64,000 bases of DNA from an uncultured Ignavibacteria bacterium (GCA_964511075.1 CAZEDM010000004.1:194442-258441); one strand, 5' to 3'; positions 45,548 to 55,706 are shown, counted from the first letter of the stretch. The notes: generated by a model not told the origin, from the letters alone. Translations and numbers: made by a program.

Positions 45548-47863
45548 CTATTTTATCTCTATTTTCTGACCTTTCCCCTTACGGACATTGGATATTATCT
45601 CCAGGTCTTTTTTGTATTTTTCGTTCTGCGGATCATGCTCCGCTGCTTTCCTTATATATACTTCTGCTCTGGCATAATCCCCTTTTCTGAAATAGACCCA
45701 TCCCCGGGTATCAAAGATGACCCCGGGATCCGAGGGATTTAAAAACAGTGCTTCATCGCAGAATCTCAGTGCCCAATCCAGGTCCTCATTCTTCTTAACC
45801 TTCTCCCAGGCAAACCCCTGGAGAAGGTCAGCCATCTTGTCTTTTTGAACCGAATCAGGATTCAAGGCAATAGTTGATTCTATCTCTTCTGACAACTCAT
45901 CCAGACTCTCGAGCTTGAAATAGGCACCGGCTAAAAGCAGGCTTAAAGAGACTTTTTCATCTTTACTTATACCGGGAATATCCAGTAAGAGTTTTGCCTG
46001 CTCCACAGCCCGCTCATATTCTCCCTGAACCAGATAAAGCTGAGCCAGGCTGATCCGGTTCAATACCATACTTGAGTCAGCTTCTATCCCTTTTAAAAAC
46101 TCCTTCTCCGCCAGAGCCGATTCCCCCTGTTCGGCAAAAAGTTCTCCTAATAGATTATGATTCATACCTGAGCCGTTCATCTTAACCGCTTTTTTGTATT
46201 CCTCCTCTGCCAGCTCCCGTCTTCCGGTTTTGTGAAAAAGCAGCCCTTTCCATTCGTGAACGTTCCCATAATCCGGGGCAAATTTCTGGAGTTTGTCGAA
46301 CCAATATTCTGATTCCGGATACCTCTTAAGCTCCGAGCTCAATGCTCCTAATAAAAACATAGCCTCCAGACAATGGGGATTTCTCTTGTACGCTTTTTCC
46401 AGCTCAGAAACAGCAGCAATCTTATTCTGTGAATCCATATAGAACTGCGCCCTTGCCAGATAGACATTGGCGGAGTATCCCCTTATCTGCCATATCCCGA
46501 AGAGGGTGGTGATAAATAAAATCAGAGAGTAGATGAGAACTTTCAATCCCTGCGGGAACTTTCCTGAAGAGGATGCCGCTGAGGTTTTTTCCATTCGAGG
46601 AGTTTTATCTTTTAAGGCCAAAGCCATAAGGAGAGAAAGATACAGCCAGAAGAAAAAATCAGGACCGGTCCATCTCAGGCTGACACAGACCAGACCCTGG
46701 ATCAAGCCTGCGGATAGTCCGCCGAGAAGGCCAAGTGCCAGAACCTTTTTGCCGGGGTCTTGTTCCTGCCGGATGAATTTGAAGGCTTTATAGTAGACCC
46801 CTCCCATTATCCAGACGAAAAGTGCCAGCCCGATTATCCCCAGCTCTGACCAGATTTCCAGATACTCGTTTTCCGCATGCAGGACGTTTCCCATGGGAAC
46901 GAGCTTATAGAAATCAGGGACAGAATAAGCCGGGAAAAATATCTGAAAATTCCCCAGCCCGACCCCGAACCACAAATCACTTTTTATGAGATTCCAGGCA
47001 GACTCCCATATTTTCAGACGGATGAATAACGACCCTTCCCCAGGAGAGGTCTGTGAAAATCTTTTCGCCAGGCTATCCGGACCTGTATCAATCAGGAAAA
47101 AGATAACCGTTACTGCTATAATCAGGAATCCCCAGAAAAGGATCTTTCTTCTCCCGGAAAATCTCCAGAGCTTAAACAGGAAAGATACGGCTCCTATGAA
47201 TAGAAAAGACAGGAGTGATGCAACGATTGCCCCCCTGCTTCTTGTCAGGAACAAAGCTGACAATCCCGCAAGAGATACCAAAAGATAAAATATTTTTTTC
47301 TTATCTGAGGAAAGCAGGAAGACCCAGGCAGCCAAAGGCAGAGTTATAGCCAAAAACCCTCCCAGGAAATTGGGATTGCCAAAAGTCGAGCTTATCCTTC
47401 CGGGATAGGGAGGTATCCAGGCGGCAAAGGAGACCCCTGCTGTTTGCAATATCCCTATCAGCGATACCAAGCCCGTTGATAGGATGACGGTTTTTATCAG
47501 GAAGGAAAGCTTCCTGAAATCCGGGACCGCATTCACTATCAAGAGGTACAGCAGGACGAAAAACACAAGCTTCAAAAACGCCATAGATGAAGCATATTTA
47601 TACTGGCTGAAAATCAAGGAGAGGATCGAATAGCCGCAGTAAAGTAGAATCGGATAGATAAGGGGAAATCTGATAGAACTTCTCCTGTATAAAAATTGAT
47701 TAAGGACAAAAATGAGAGATAGCCCTAAAATCAGGGTTTGAAAAAATACGGTCTTCAAAAGGAAACTGTGGCTCTGATTATAAGGAGAGCCGATCAGGGC
47801 AACCCCCAGGATCAAAAAAGAGAAAGACAGGACAATACCGTTATCTTTGAAAAAATTCTTCAT
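45548..47863 (-). CDS. O-antigen ligase/polymerase-like (Wzy_C) membrane protein with C-terminal TPR repeats
   Basis: About 10-12 TM segments with the TRSRGAIVASLLS motif region, then roughly 300 aa of TPR-like repeats. Confidence 0.7.
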   Translation of the reverse strand: MKNFFKDNGIVLSFSFLILGVALIGSPYNQSHSFLLKTVFFQTLILGLSLIFVLNQFLYRRSSIRFPLIYPILLYCGYSILSLIFSQYKYASSMAFLKLVFFVLLYLLIVNAVPDFRKLSFLIKTVILSTGLVSLIGILQTAGVSFAAWIPPYPGRISSTFGNPNFLGGFLAITLPLAAWVFLLSSDKKKIFYLLVSLAGLSALFLTRSRGAIVASLLSFLFIGAVSFLFKLWRFSGRRKILFWGFLIIAVTVIFFLIDTGPDSLAKRFSQTSPGEGSLFIRLKIWESAWNLIKSDLWFGVGLGNFQIFFPAYSVPDFYKLVPMGNVLHAENEYLEIWSELGIIGLALFVWIMGGVYYKAFKFIRQEQDPGKKVLALGLLGGLSAGLIQGLVCVSLRWTGPDFFFWLYLSLLMALALKDKTPRMEKTSAASSSGKFPQGLKVLIYSLILFITTLFGIWQIRGYSANVYLARAQFYMDSQNKIAAVSELEKAYKRNPHCLEAMFLLGALSSELKRYPESEYWFDKLQKFAPDYGNVHEWKGLLFHKTGRRELAEEEYKKAVKMNGSGMNHNLLGELFAEQGESALAEKEFLKGIEADSSMVLNRISLAQLYLVQGEYERAVEQAKLLLDIPGISKDEKVSLSLLLAGAYFKLESLDELSEEIESTIALNPDSVQKDKMADLLQGFAWEKVKKNEDLDWALRFCDEALFLNPSDPGVIFDTRGWVYFRKGDYARAEVYIRKAAEHDPQNEKYKKDLEIISNVRKGKGQKIEIK

Positions 47864-48146
47864 TCATCCTAAAGATAAGTAACTTTTTCCCTAAATCCAT
47901 TGAAAATTAAGTATGATCAGATGAGCAGACTGAAACATAACCTTGTTCCATTTGATACCTCTTGAGTCATATTTTCGCACAGGGTGAAATTTAATTTTTT
48001 ATTAATACGATAAAAACTATCCTCTTTCGCCTTTTTATCCTCATATAAATCCCATAAACTCTTTGACTTTAAGCCAATTTGGATTATCTTATTAAGGCAG
48101 GCTGGATTTGTTACAGTCTGAATATTTCTAACCGGGAGGGTATTTT

Positions 48147-48611
48147 ATGTCAGAATTTCAGATCTCAACCCAGGACGATATATCCAAAGTAACCCTGGTC
48201 TCGGTACCCGACGTTCCGGGAATAGCCGCCAGGGTTTTCGGCAGTTTATGGGCACATGGATTCAACGTGCAGTTGATAACCTCCTCCTCCGGCGCCGGCG
48301 GAAAGGTAAACCTCACCTTCGTCCTGGCCAAAAAAGACCTACAGTCAGCCATGTTCGAATTAAAAAAGATCAGAGAGGATATTAAGGCTGAAGAATTAGC
48401 TGTGGACCCGGAGGTGGCTCTGGTTACTATCGCTCATCCCCAGCTTTCTCAAACACCTGGCGTTGCCGGAAAAGCTTTTGATATTTTAGCCTCCTGCGAC
48501 ATCAACGTTCAGGCGGTCTGCACTTCAATGACCACCTTGCAATGCCTGATAGCTAAAAATCATCTCGATCTGGCAGCCCAGGCACTACAAAGGGAATTCG
48601 GATCGTCTTAA
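48147..48611 (+). CDS. Tandem ACT-domain protein (aspartokinase regulatory-subunit-like)
   Basis: ISKVTLVSVPDVPGIAARVFGSL and a second LVTIAHPQLSQTPGVAGKAFDIL unit. GGGAGG RBS upstream. Confidence 0.6.
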   Translation: MSEFQISTQDDISKVTLVSVPDVPGIAARVFGSLWAHGFNVQLITSSSGAGGKVNLTFVLAKKDLQSAMFELKKIREDIKAEELAVDPEVALVTIAHPQLSQTPGVAGKAFDILASCDINVQAVCTSMTTLQCLIAKNHLDLAAQALQREFGSS

Positions 48612-48685
48612 AATCTTAGAGTTCAGATTCAAAAAGAAGCGGGCTATCCAAGCCTGATATACTAACTCTTTAAAAGGAGAGAACG

Positions 48686-50155
48686 ATGAAAAACCATAGT
48701 ATAATCAGCAATGCGTTATTGCTTGTCATTAGTTCTCTTTTATTTGTGATAATCGGCTGCTCAACCTCCAACCAGGGTAAGGTACCGCTCACCACCTCCT
48801 CTGAAAATGCGCGGGAATATTTCCTGCAGGGACGTGACCTGTTTGACAAGATTCGCCTTCCGGAAGCTCTCGAGCTTTTCGAAAAATCCGTGGCTGAGGA
48901 CCCCAACTTCGCCATGGGATACTTATACTTGGCGGCAGCCCAGCCCAGTGCAAAGGGACTCTTCGAAAATCTTGACAGGGCCGTGGCTCTGGCGGATAAA
49001 GTCTCCGAGGGTGAGCGCTTGTGGATTCTCGGAGTTAAAGCAGGCGTTGATGGTCTCCCCATGAAACAGAGGGAGTATTATCAGAAACTGACTGAAATGT
49101 ATCCCAATGACCAGCAGACACACTACCTTCTGGCTAACCATTACTTCGTTCAACAGGAATACGAACTGGCGGTTGAAGAATACAGGAAGGCAACAGAGAT
49201 CGATCCCGATTTTTCCGCACCCTACAATCAGTTAGGTTATACCTACAGAATTCTGGAGGATTACGCTGAATCCGAAAACGCTTTCAAAAAATACATCCAG
49301 CTGATTCCGGACGATCCCAACCCCTACGACTCCTATGCAGAGCTGCTGATGAAAATAGGCAAGTACGACCAATCCATAGAAACCTACCGAAAAGCTTTAA
49401 CGATCAACCCGGATTTTGTTACCTCGTACATCGGCATAGCCTCGAATCTTGTTTTCAAAGGAATGCACCAGGAAGCCCGAGTAGAACTTCAGAAATTTTA
49501 TGATAAGGCTCACAATGACGGGCAGCGGCGTGCGGCCCACTTTTCCATGGCGGTCTCATACGTGGATGAGGGGAATACGGGCAAGGCTTTAGAGGAGCTG
49601 AAAAAGCAATACGCCATAGCAGAGAAAATCGGGGACGCTTCTGCCATGGCCGGGGACCTGGTGATAATGGGCAATATTCTGCTTGAATCCGGAAAGTATG
49701 ATGAGGCAAGGAAAAGATACGAAGAGGCATTAAAGCTCGTCAAGGAATCGGACCTTTCCCAAGAGGTAAAGGAGAATGCGGACCGCATCTATCTCTTTAA
49801 TATCGCGCGTGTCGATCTGATGAAGAAAGACTTTGCCGGCGCCAAAGCGAAATCCGAGAATTTCAGAGAAAAAGTCGAAGCCATAAATAATCCGTTTCAA
49901 ATTCGACTCTCGCACCAGCTGACCGGAATGATCGCGCTCCAGGAAAAGGATTACGACAAGGCACTGGAGGAGCTAAATCAGGCTAATCAACAAAGCCCCT
50001 ATAATATTTACAGAATTGCGCTGACATACAAAGGCAAGGGTGACATCGAGAAAGCCAGGGAACTATGCACGAAAGCTGCGGAGTTTAACGTGATTAACAG
50101 CTTGGACTATGCCTTCGTCAGAAAAAAAGCCAGACTGCAGTTGGATTCGATGTAA
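48686..50155 (+). CDS. TPR-repeat lipoprotein
   Basis: Lipobox FVIIGC. Multiple TPR-like units (AxxxYxKAxxIDPDF type). AAGGAGAG RBS upstream. Confidence 0.7.
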   Translation: MKNHSIISNALLLVISSLLFVIIGCSTSNQGKVPLTTSSENAREYFLQGRDLFDKIRLPEALELFEKSVAEDPNFAMGYLYLAAAQPSAKGLFENLDRAVALADKVSEGERLWILGVKAGVDGLPMKQREYYQKLTEMYPNDQQTHYLLANHYFVQQEYELAVEEYRKATEIDPDFSAPYNQLGYTYRILEDYAESENAFKKYIQLIPDDPNPYDSYAELLMKIGKYDQSIETYRKALTINPDFVTSYIGIASNLVFKGMHQEARVELQKFYDKAHNDGQRRAAHFSMAVSYVDEGNTGKALEELKKQYAIAEKIGDASAMAGDLVIMGNILLESGKYDEARKRYEEALKLVKESDLSQEVKENADRIYLFNIARVDLMKKDFAGAKAKSENFREKVEAINNPFQIRLSHQLTGMIALQEKDYDKALEELNQANQQSPYNIYRIALTYKGKGDIEKARELCTKAAEFNVINSLDYAFVRKKARLQLDSM

Positions 50156-50192
50156 GGAGCTTCAGAGGACGATGTAAGAACGTGTTTCAGGC

Positions 50193-50250
50193 GTAGGGGC
50201 ACGGCATGCCGTGCCCTTGCTCTTTAGTAGTGCGACCCTTTAGGGTCGTA
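50193..50250 (+). repeat. Two tandem GTAG-headed REP-like hairpins after the TPR gene
   Basis: GTAG-GGGCACGGC-AT-GCCGTGCCC (50193-50216) and GTAG-TGCGACCC-TTTA-GGGTCGTA (50227-50250). Confidence 0.6.
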
Positions 50251-50510
50251 AAAAATGCAGAGAGAGAAGATAGCTGTGTCCATCCGTAAAAAATGTAATT
50301 CAAAAGCCCTTCCCTTTTCATTTTTTTCGAATTTACGAGTCTTTAAATCTATATGAAGTCATCCGACAATAAGAATATAACTGACTGAAATTTGCAGAAC
50401 TTCTTCAGTGGCAGGATGGTAAAAGATATTGTGCGAATCGAATATTAACAATATCCTATCCTTGCACGTATTTGTTTTGTGCAAACTGAATATTCTTAAG
50501 AGGAGCAATT

Positions 50511-51749
50511 ATGAGCAAGAAACTTTCCGCAATTCTTTTCATCTTTATCTGCACGACGTTTGCATGGTTTATCCTAGGTGCCACAATCATACAGCGGACC
50601 AAGACCCAGGATAACAGACTCAGGAATGCAGTTGGTCAGCTCTGGGGGACTGTGCAAGTTCAAAAGGCACCATCAGTATACTACGAAACTGTGAGCAAAA
50701 CAGAGACCAAACGCGTCGAGTCGGGTAAACCCATTAGCGAGATTCAGACCCGGACCATCGCTAATTATGTTCCGCTTAGATCCAGTCGGATTGACGTTTC
50801 CTTGTTTCTGCAGCATCGCAAGAAGGGATTGTTATGGTATCCGACTTATACCGTGGATTTTTCCGGGCATTATGTCGTATCCAACGATACCCCTGAACGC
50901 CGTGACTTGTTCATAAATTTCACCTTTCCTACCGCGGGAGCAGTTTACGATGATTTTCGTTTTATCGTGGGGGGCAAAGAACTTCAGAACATCGAGCCAT
51001 CCTCCGGCTCGATAAAACAGCTTATTAAACTCGATCCCGGGCAGAGGGAAACAGTTGAGATATCCTACAAATCGCAGGGCATGGACGAATGGTGGTATGA
51101 ATTTGGCGAGAATGTGAGCCAGGTCAGGGATTTCCTGCTAAGCATTAAAACGAATTTTAAAAAAATAGATTTTCCTCAGAATAGCATTTCTCCGACTTCA
51201 CGCGCCCAGATCAAAGATGGGTGGGACCTAAAATGGCAGTACTCCAATCTGCTGACCGGTGTAAAAATTGGTATGGATTTGCCCAACAAACTTAATCCGG
51301 GACCCTGGGTTAGCAAAGTCACTTTTTCTGCGCCGATTTCTCTTTTTCTGTTTTTCTTCCTGCTGTTTATTTTTACGACATTGCGGCAAATTGAAATCCA
51401 TCCTATGAATTACTTCTTCCTGGGGGCGGCATTTTTCAGTTTCCATCTTCTGCTTGCCTACCTGGTAGACCACATTTCCATCCACACTGCCTTTTTTCTG
51501 AGTTCCGCCGTTTCCATATTCTTGATGGTGACTTATATGAGACTTGTTGTGGGAATCCGATTTGCTCTTCTGGAAATTGGAGTTACCCAGCTCATCTATC
51601 AGGTTTTATTTTCCTATACCTTTTTCTTCGAGGGGTTCACCGGCTTGGTCATCACCATATTATGTATCTCGACTTTATTCGTGGTTATGCAGATGACAGG
51701 GAAATTAGACTGGGAAGCTGTATTTCAAAAGAAGAAAAGCACTGCATAA
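50511..51749 (+). CDS. creD: CreD-family inner-membrane protein
   Basis: N-terminal TM, a large periplasmic part, and a C-terminal TM bundle with IHPMNYFFLGAAFFSFHLLLAYLVDHIS. This resembles E. coli CreD LHPMQYLLVGLSLVMFYLLLLALSEHTG. Confidence 0.65.
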   Translation: MSKKLSAILFIFICTTFAWFILGATIIQRTKTQDNRLRNAVGQLWGTVQVQKAPSVYYETVSKTETKRVESGKPISEIQTRTIANYVPLRSSRIDVSLFLQHRKKGLLWYPTYTVDFSGHYVVSNDTPERRDLFINFTFPTAGAVYDDFRFIVGGKELQNIEPSSGSIKQLIKLDPGQRETVEISYKSQGMDEWWYEFGENVSQVRDFLLSIKTNFKKIDFPQNSISPTSRAQIKDGWDLKWQYSNLLTGVKIGMDLPNKLNPGPWVSKVTFSAPISLFLFFFLLFIFTTLRQIEIHPMNYFFLGAAFFSFHLLLAYLVDHISIHTAFFLSSAVSIFLMVTYMRLVVGIRFALLEIGVTQLIYQVLFSYTFFFEGFTGLVITILCISTLFVVMQMTGKLDWEAVFQKKKSTA

Positions 51750-51844
51750 AAATCGCCAGAGCCAAAGTTTTTCGTCAGTGTCTTTGCCAACGAAAAGGAC
51801 TATATGGGGCTGGGAGCACTGCCTGCGAGTCGATATCTCTTAAA

Positions 51845-51882
51845 AGAGAAGCACCAGCAAGCTGGTGCACTCCTCTCTTTTT
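51845..51882 (+). terminator. Intrinsic terminator after creD-like gene
   Basis: GCACCAGC-AA-GCTGGTGC, extended by AGAGA/TCTCT, followed by TTTT. Confidence 0.55.
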
Positions 51883-51899
51883 AGGGACGTCAAAAAATC

Positions 51900-51924
51900 G
51901 GGCAGAAGGATGTTCTGCCCCTAC
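51900..51924 (-). repeat. GTAG-headed REP-like hairpin
   Basis: Minus strand GTAG-GGGCAGAA-CATCC-TTCTGCCC. Confidence 0.55.
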
Positions 51925-52003
51925 AAACCTTGCCCTACATAAGAGATTTATGAAAATTTGAATGAGTCGAATCGAAAGGTTGATCTTAATTTAAGCTGAA
52001 AAT

Positions 52004-52032
52004 AAAAAAACCCCGCTTGAGAAAAAGCGGGG
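52004..52032 (-). terminator. Intrinsic terminator after cold-shock gene
   Basis: Minus strand CCCCGCTT-TTTCTC-AAGCGGGG followed by TTTTTTT. Confidence 0.75.
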
Positions 52033-52058
52033 TTTATCAATGCGGTCAAATCATCTAT

Positions 52059-52283
52059 TTATAATTTAACTACATTAATTGCCTGCGGTCCTTTTGGACC
52101 CTCAGTGATCTCGAAGCTCACCTCATCACCCTCATTCAGGGACTTGTAGCCCTCTGACTTGATGGCGGTATAATGCACGAAAACATCCTTACCACCTTCC
52201 TTGTTCTCTATGAAGCCAAAACCCTTAGCCTCGTTGAACCACTTTACCTTACCTTCTGCCAAAACTTTTTCACCACCTTTCAC
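52059..52283 (-). CDS. Cold-shock protein (CspA family)
   Basis: [15 protein letters not shown] (RNP1) and VFVHYTAI (RNP2). A long (~185 nt) untranslated leader lies upstream. Confidence 0.92.
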   Translation of the reverse strand: MKGGEKVLAEGKVKWFNEAKGFGFIENKEGGKDVFVHYTAIKSEGYKSLNEGDEVSFEITEGPKGPQAINVVKL

Positions 52284-52469
52284 TGGCTAAAAATTAAAAA
52301 CAAAAAAACACAAAAACCCATCCAGGATTTTCGTGATTAACTGCCTTTTTCTAATCAATCCACAACATTCTTACTATAACCTAAAAAACCTTTCAACTGA
52401 AAATATTATACGTAATCAAAAATGATTTGTCAATCAAAATCTCAAGCCAGTACGAAAGTTTCTTTTCAC

Positions 52470-54392
52470 TTATTTATCGTCCATAACCTCGTAATCTGCA
52501 TCCACTGCCCCCTCCTTGCCCTCTTTTTTCTCCCCTTTTTCTTCTTTTCCTGCCTCGGCCCGGGTTTGCTCTCCGGATGCCTGCTGCTGGGCTGCAGTCT
52601 TCTTATACATCTCTTCGGCAATTTTATGAGAAGCTTGAAGAAGTTCTTCGGTTGCCCGGTCTATATCCTCCTTGTTGTTGCTGTTCAGGACCGATTTCAC
52701 TTTTTCGATCCCATGCTCAATCTTCTGTTTTTCCTCCGGGGAGACTTTATCTCCATATTCCTTCAGGGTCTTTTCCGTAGTATAAACTATCTGGTCGGCT
52801 TTATTTCTTGACTCGACCACGCCTTTTTTCCTCTGGTCTTCTTCTGCATGCGACTCTGCATCTTTCACCATCTTATCTATCTCCTGCTCGGAGAGACCGG
52901 AAGAGGCTTGAATTTTTATGGACTGTTCTTTTCCCGTTCCCAAATCCTTTGCCGAGACGTGCACTATGCCATTGGCATCTATATCGAAGGTAACCTCGAT
53001 CTGGGGAATTCCCCTGGGTGCAGGTGGAATACCGACCAGGTCGAACCTTCCCAGCGTCCGGTTATCCAGAGCCATCTCCCTCTCCCCCTGCAGAACGTGG
53101 ATGGAGACTGCTGTCTGGTTATCAGCCGCAGTGGAGAAGATCTGGCTCTTTTTGGTGGGGATGGTAGTATTTCTCTCAATCAAACGGGTCATCACTGCGC
53201 CTAAGGTCTCAATCCCCAATGACAGAGGGGTTACGTCCAGAAGCAGAACGTCCTTAACTTCCCCGGTCAAAACCGCTGCCTGAATAGCCGCACCAACTGC
53301 CACCACCTCGTCCGGATTTACCCCCTTATGCGGCTCTTTTCTGAAAAGCTCCTTCACTATCTCCTGCACCTTGGGCATCCTGGTCTGCCCTCCCACCAAA
53401 ATCACCTCGTCGATATCCTCAGGAGATAATTTGGCATCCTGCAAAGCCCTTTTGCAGGGACCCACCGTTCTCTGAAGCAAATCGTCTACCAGCTGCTCCA
53501 GTTTTGCGCGGGTGAGGTTTAAGTCCAGGTGTCTGGGACCGGATGCGTCCGCGGTTATGAAGGGAAGGTTGATATTGGTCTGCAGGGTCGTGGACAGCTC
53601 GCATTTAGCCTTCTCTGCTGCCTCTTTTAATCTCTGCAAGGCCATCCTGTCTTTTCTTAAATCTATGCCGTAATTTTTTAAAAACTCGTCTGCCATCCAG
53701 TCGATAACCTTCTGGTCGAAATCGTCTCCCCCTAAATGGGTATCTCCGTTGGTCGAACGCACCTCGAATACCCCCTCACCCAATTCCAAGATCGAGATGT
53801 CGAATGTCCCTCCTCCCAAATCGAAAACCGCAATCTTCTCATCCTTTTTCTTCTCCAGCCCGTAGGCTAAGGAGGCTGCTGTAGGCTCGTTGATGATTCT
53901 CAAAACCTCCAAACCGGCAATCTTTCCTGCATCTTTGGTCGCCTGTCTCTGGGAATCGTTGAAATAAGCCGGAACGGTTACCACTGCCTGGGTGATTTTC
54001 TCCCCTAAATAATCCTCTGCAGTTTTTTTCATAGATTGCAAAATATAAGCCGAGATTTCAGGCGGGGAATATTCCTTGCCCTGGATCAAAACCCGCACAT
54101 CCCCATTGGTCGCCTCTACGATTTCATAGGGAACCAGTTTCTCCTCTTCCAGAACCTCATTATGCCTTCTGCCCATAAACCTTTTGATGGAGAAAACTGT
54201 ATTCTCCGGATTGGTGATGGCCTGTCTTTTGGCAATCTGCCCAACTAATCTTTCTCCTGTTTTGGTAAAAGCGACCACCGAAGGAGTAGTCCTCATCCCT
54301 TCGGCATTGGGAATGACCTTAGGCTCACCCCCCTCCATCACCGCCACGCAGGAATTGGTCGTTCCCAAATCTATACCGATAACTTTAGCCAT
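52470..54392 (-). CDS. dnaK: Chaperone DnaK (Hsp70)
   Basis: [45 protein letters not shown] upstream. Confidence 0.97.
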   Translation of the reverse strand: MAKVIGIDLGTTNSCVAVMEGGEPKVIPNAEGMRTTPSVVAFTKTGERLVGQIAKRQAITNPENTVFSIKRFMGRRHNEVLEEEKLVPYEIVEATNGDVRVLIQGKEYSPPEISAYILQSMKKTAEDYLGEKITQAVVTVPAYFNDSQRQATKDAGKIAGLEVLRIINEPTAASLAYGLEKKKDEKIAVFDLGGGTFDISILELGEGVFEVRSTNGDTHLGGDDFDQKVIDWMADEFLKNYGIDLRKDRMALQRLKEAAEKAKCELSTTLQTNINLPFITADASGPRHLDLNLTRAKLEQLVDDLLQRTVGPCKRALQDAKLSPEDIDEVILVGGQTRMPKVQEIVKELFRKEPHKGVNPDEVVAVGAAIQAAVLTGEVKDVLLLDVTPLSLGIETLGAVMTRLIERNTTIPTKKSQIFSTAADNQTAVSIHVLQGEREMALDNRTLGRFDLVGIPPAPRGIPQIEVTFDIDANGIVHVSAKDLGTGKEQSIKIQASSGLSEQEIDKMVKDAESHAEEDQRKKGVVESRNKADQIVYTTEKTLKEYGDKVSPEEKQKIEHGIEKVKSVLNSNNKEDIDRATEELLQASHKIAEEMYKKTAAQQQASGEQTRAEAGKEEKGEKKEGKEGAVDADYEVMDDK

Positions 54393-54625
54393 TTTTATCT
54401 AACCTCCTCAAATAGCTATACTAAACTATGTATCTTTACTTCTCTGGTTCTATGTATTTCTTTTTTTATATTTAAAAAATATGCAAAAATTTTACCCTCA
54501 ATCGAATAATAGAGTTGTTCTCGCTTCATTTGTTTACTCTCAGGGAATTCCTCCTTGACCATATTATCGATAGAGTAACTTAAAGGTTTCGAAATAGGTT
54601 TTTCTTTAGTAAGTGTTTCATCAAT

Positions 54626-54907
54626 TTATAAATCGATAGTCCAAGTTTTATCATTTTTCCCCCTAAACCACCATTCAAATACTACCTTTTCAATATCAAC
54701 TGGAATTGTTCCTCTATTAAATAAAGTAAAGTTCAACTCTCCGCGAGATTTATAAGTAAGCTCTATTTCGATAAAAGGTGATATTTTCAATTCATACTCT
54801 CTGACCATAATATCAGCCATTCTTTTAGTGTGGCGCATATAAAAATATGTGACAATAACTAGTGCAAAAACAAGTGTGGAATTAATAATAAGTGAGAAGA
54901 TATCCAT
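54626..54907 (-). CDS. Hypothetical 93-aa single-pass membrane protein inserted between grpE and dnaK
   Basis: AAGGAG RBS lies 13 nt upstream. One N-terminal TM (FSLIINSTLVFALVIVTYFYM). Strongly AT-rich relative to its neighbours. Confidence 0.45.
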   Translation of the reverse strand: MDIFSLIINSTLVFALVIVTYFYMRHTKRMADIMVREYELKISPFIEIELTYKSRGELNFTLFNRGTIPVDIEKVVFEWWFRGKNDKTWTIDL

Positions 54908-54981
54908 TATTCTTCTTTATTCTCCTTACTAGGCTTTCCTTTTGATACTACCGCTTTAGAATGCTTAATCACTTTGTCATT
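54907..54981 (-). pseudogene. Fossil second grpE 3' end (24 codons + stop)
   Basis: The minus strand reads NDKVIKHSKAVVSKGKPSKENKEE-stop, compared with the live GrpE tail NDRVIKHSKVVVSKGKKIASDQ-stop. Its TAA overlaps the ATG of the 93-aa ORF. Confidence 0.6.
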
Positions 54982-54988
54982 CGGGTTC

Positions 54989-55013
54989 GGACAGGGACAA
55001 GCCCTGTCCCTAC
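54989..55013 (-). repeat. GTAG-headed REP-like hairpin
   Basis: Minus strand GTAG-GGACAGGG-CTTGT-CCCTGTCC, with the same CTTGT loop as the 34357-34381 copy. Confidence 0.6.
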
Positions 55014-55038
55014 AAAAGATAAAACCAGTGCTCAGTAG

Positions 55039-55066
55039 CTGGCCACTGATCACTGGTCACTGGCAA
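55039..55066. repeat. Heptanucleotide tandem array (4 good + 2 degenerate units) overlapping the grpE stop
   Basis: CTGGCCA CTGATCA CTGGTCA CTGGCAA, preceded by CCAGTGC TCAGTAG. The last 5 GrpE codons (IASDQ) and the stop are encoded by the array. Confidence 0.55.
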
Positions 55067-55706
55067 TTTTTTTCCCTTTCGATACAACCACCTTGGAATG
55101 TTTAATCACCCTGTCGTTTAGAACATACCCTTTGCTTATCTCGTCCATAATCACACCTTCCGGGTATTCCTCGCTTTCCTGCTGCATCACCGCCTCGTGC
55201 AGATGCGGGTCAAAAGGCTCGCCAACAGCCTTGATCTCCTTTAAGCCTTCCTTTGCCAGGATATCTCCGAAATGCTGATAGATCAGCACCACCCCTTTGT
55301 GAAAGCTCTCAAAATCGGAAGAATTTTCAGTCGAATTTGACCTTGAGACCGATTCCAAAGCCCTCTGAAAATTATCCAGGGTCTCGACCAGCTGGGAGAT
55401 CAGCTCCTCGTTGGCGTTCTTGATTATCAATTGGAATTCCCTGGCAGTTCTTTTTTTATAATTATCAAATTCCGCTGCCAGTCTTAATAATCGATCTTCT
55501 ATTTCCTTGTGCTCTTTTTCCGATCTCTTCAGCTGCTCTTTGAGCACATCCAACTGCACTTCTTTCCTTTCCTCAATTCCAGCCTCCGCTTTCTCCAACT
55601 CCATCTCCTTCTTCTCCTCAAGTTCCTCCTCTTCTTCCTCTGAATCTATCGGCTCGGAAGGCCTTGAAAAAAGCTCTTCTTTCTTCTCTTTATCTTCCTC
55701 AGTCAA
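55050..55706 (-). CDS. grpE: Nucleotide exchange factor GrpE
   Basis: Acidic N-terminus, LLRLAAEFDNYKKRTARE, GEPFDPHLHEAV. Confidence 0.93.
   Translation of the reverse strand: MTEEDKEKKEELFSRPSEPIDSEEEEEELEEKKEMELEKAEAGIEERKEVQLDVLKEQLKRSEKEHKEIEDRLLRLAAEFDNYKKRTAREFQLIIKNANEELISQLVETLDNFQRALESVSRSNSTENSSDFESFHKGVVLIYQHFGDILAKEGLKEIKAVGEPFDPHLHEAVMQQESEEYPEGVIMDEISKGYVLNDRVIKHSKVVVSKGKKIASDQ

Noticed and set aside
51662-51961. 99-aa ORF after creD-like gene
   Set aside because: It overlaps the creD 3' end, then runs through a terminator hairpin and a REP-like hairpin. There is no RBS.
52422-54402. Numerous ORFs antisense to or out of frame with dnaK
   Set aside because: dnaK is unambiguous. 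These are shadow ORFs in a GC-richer, codon-biased gene.
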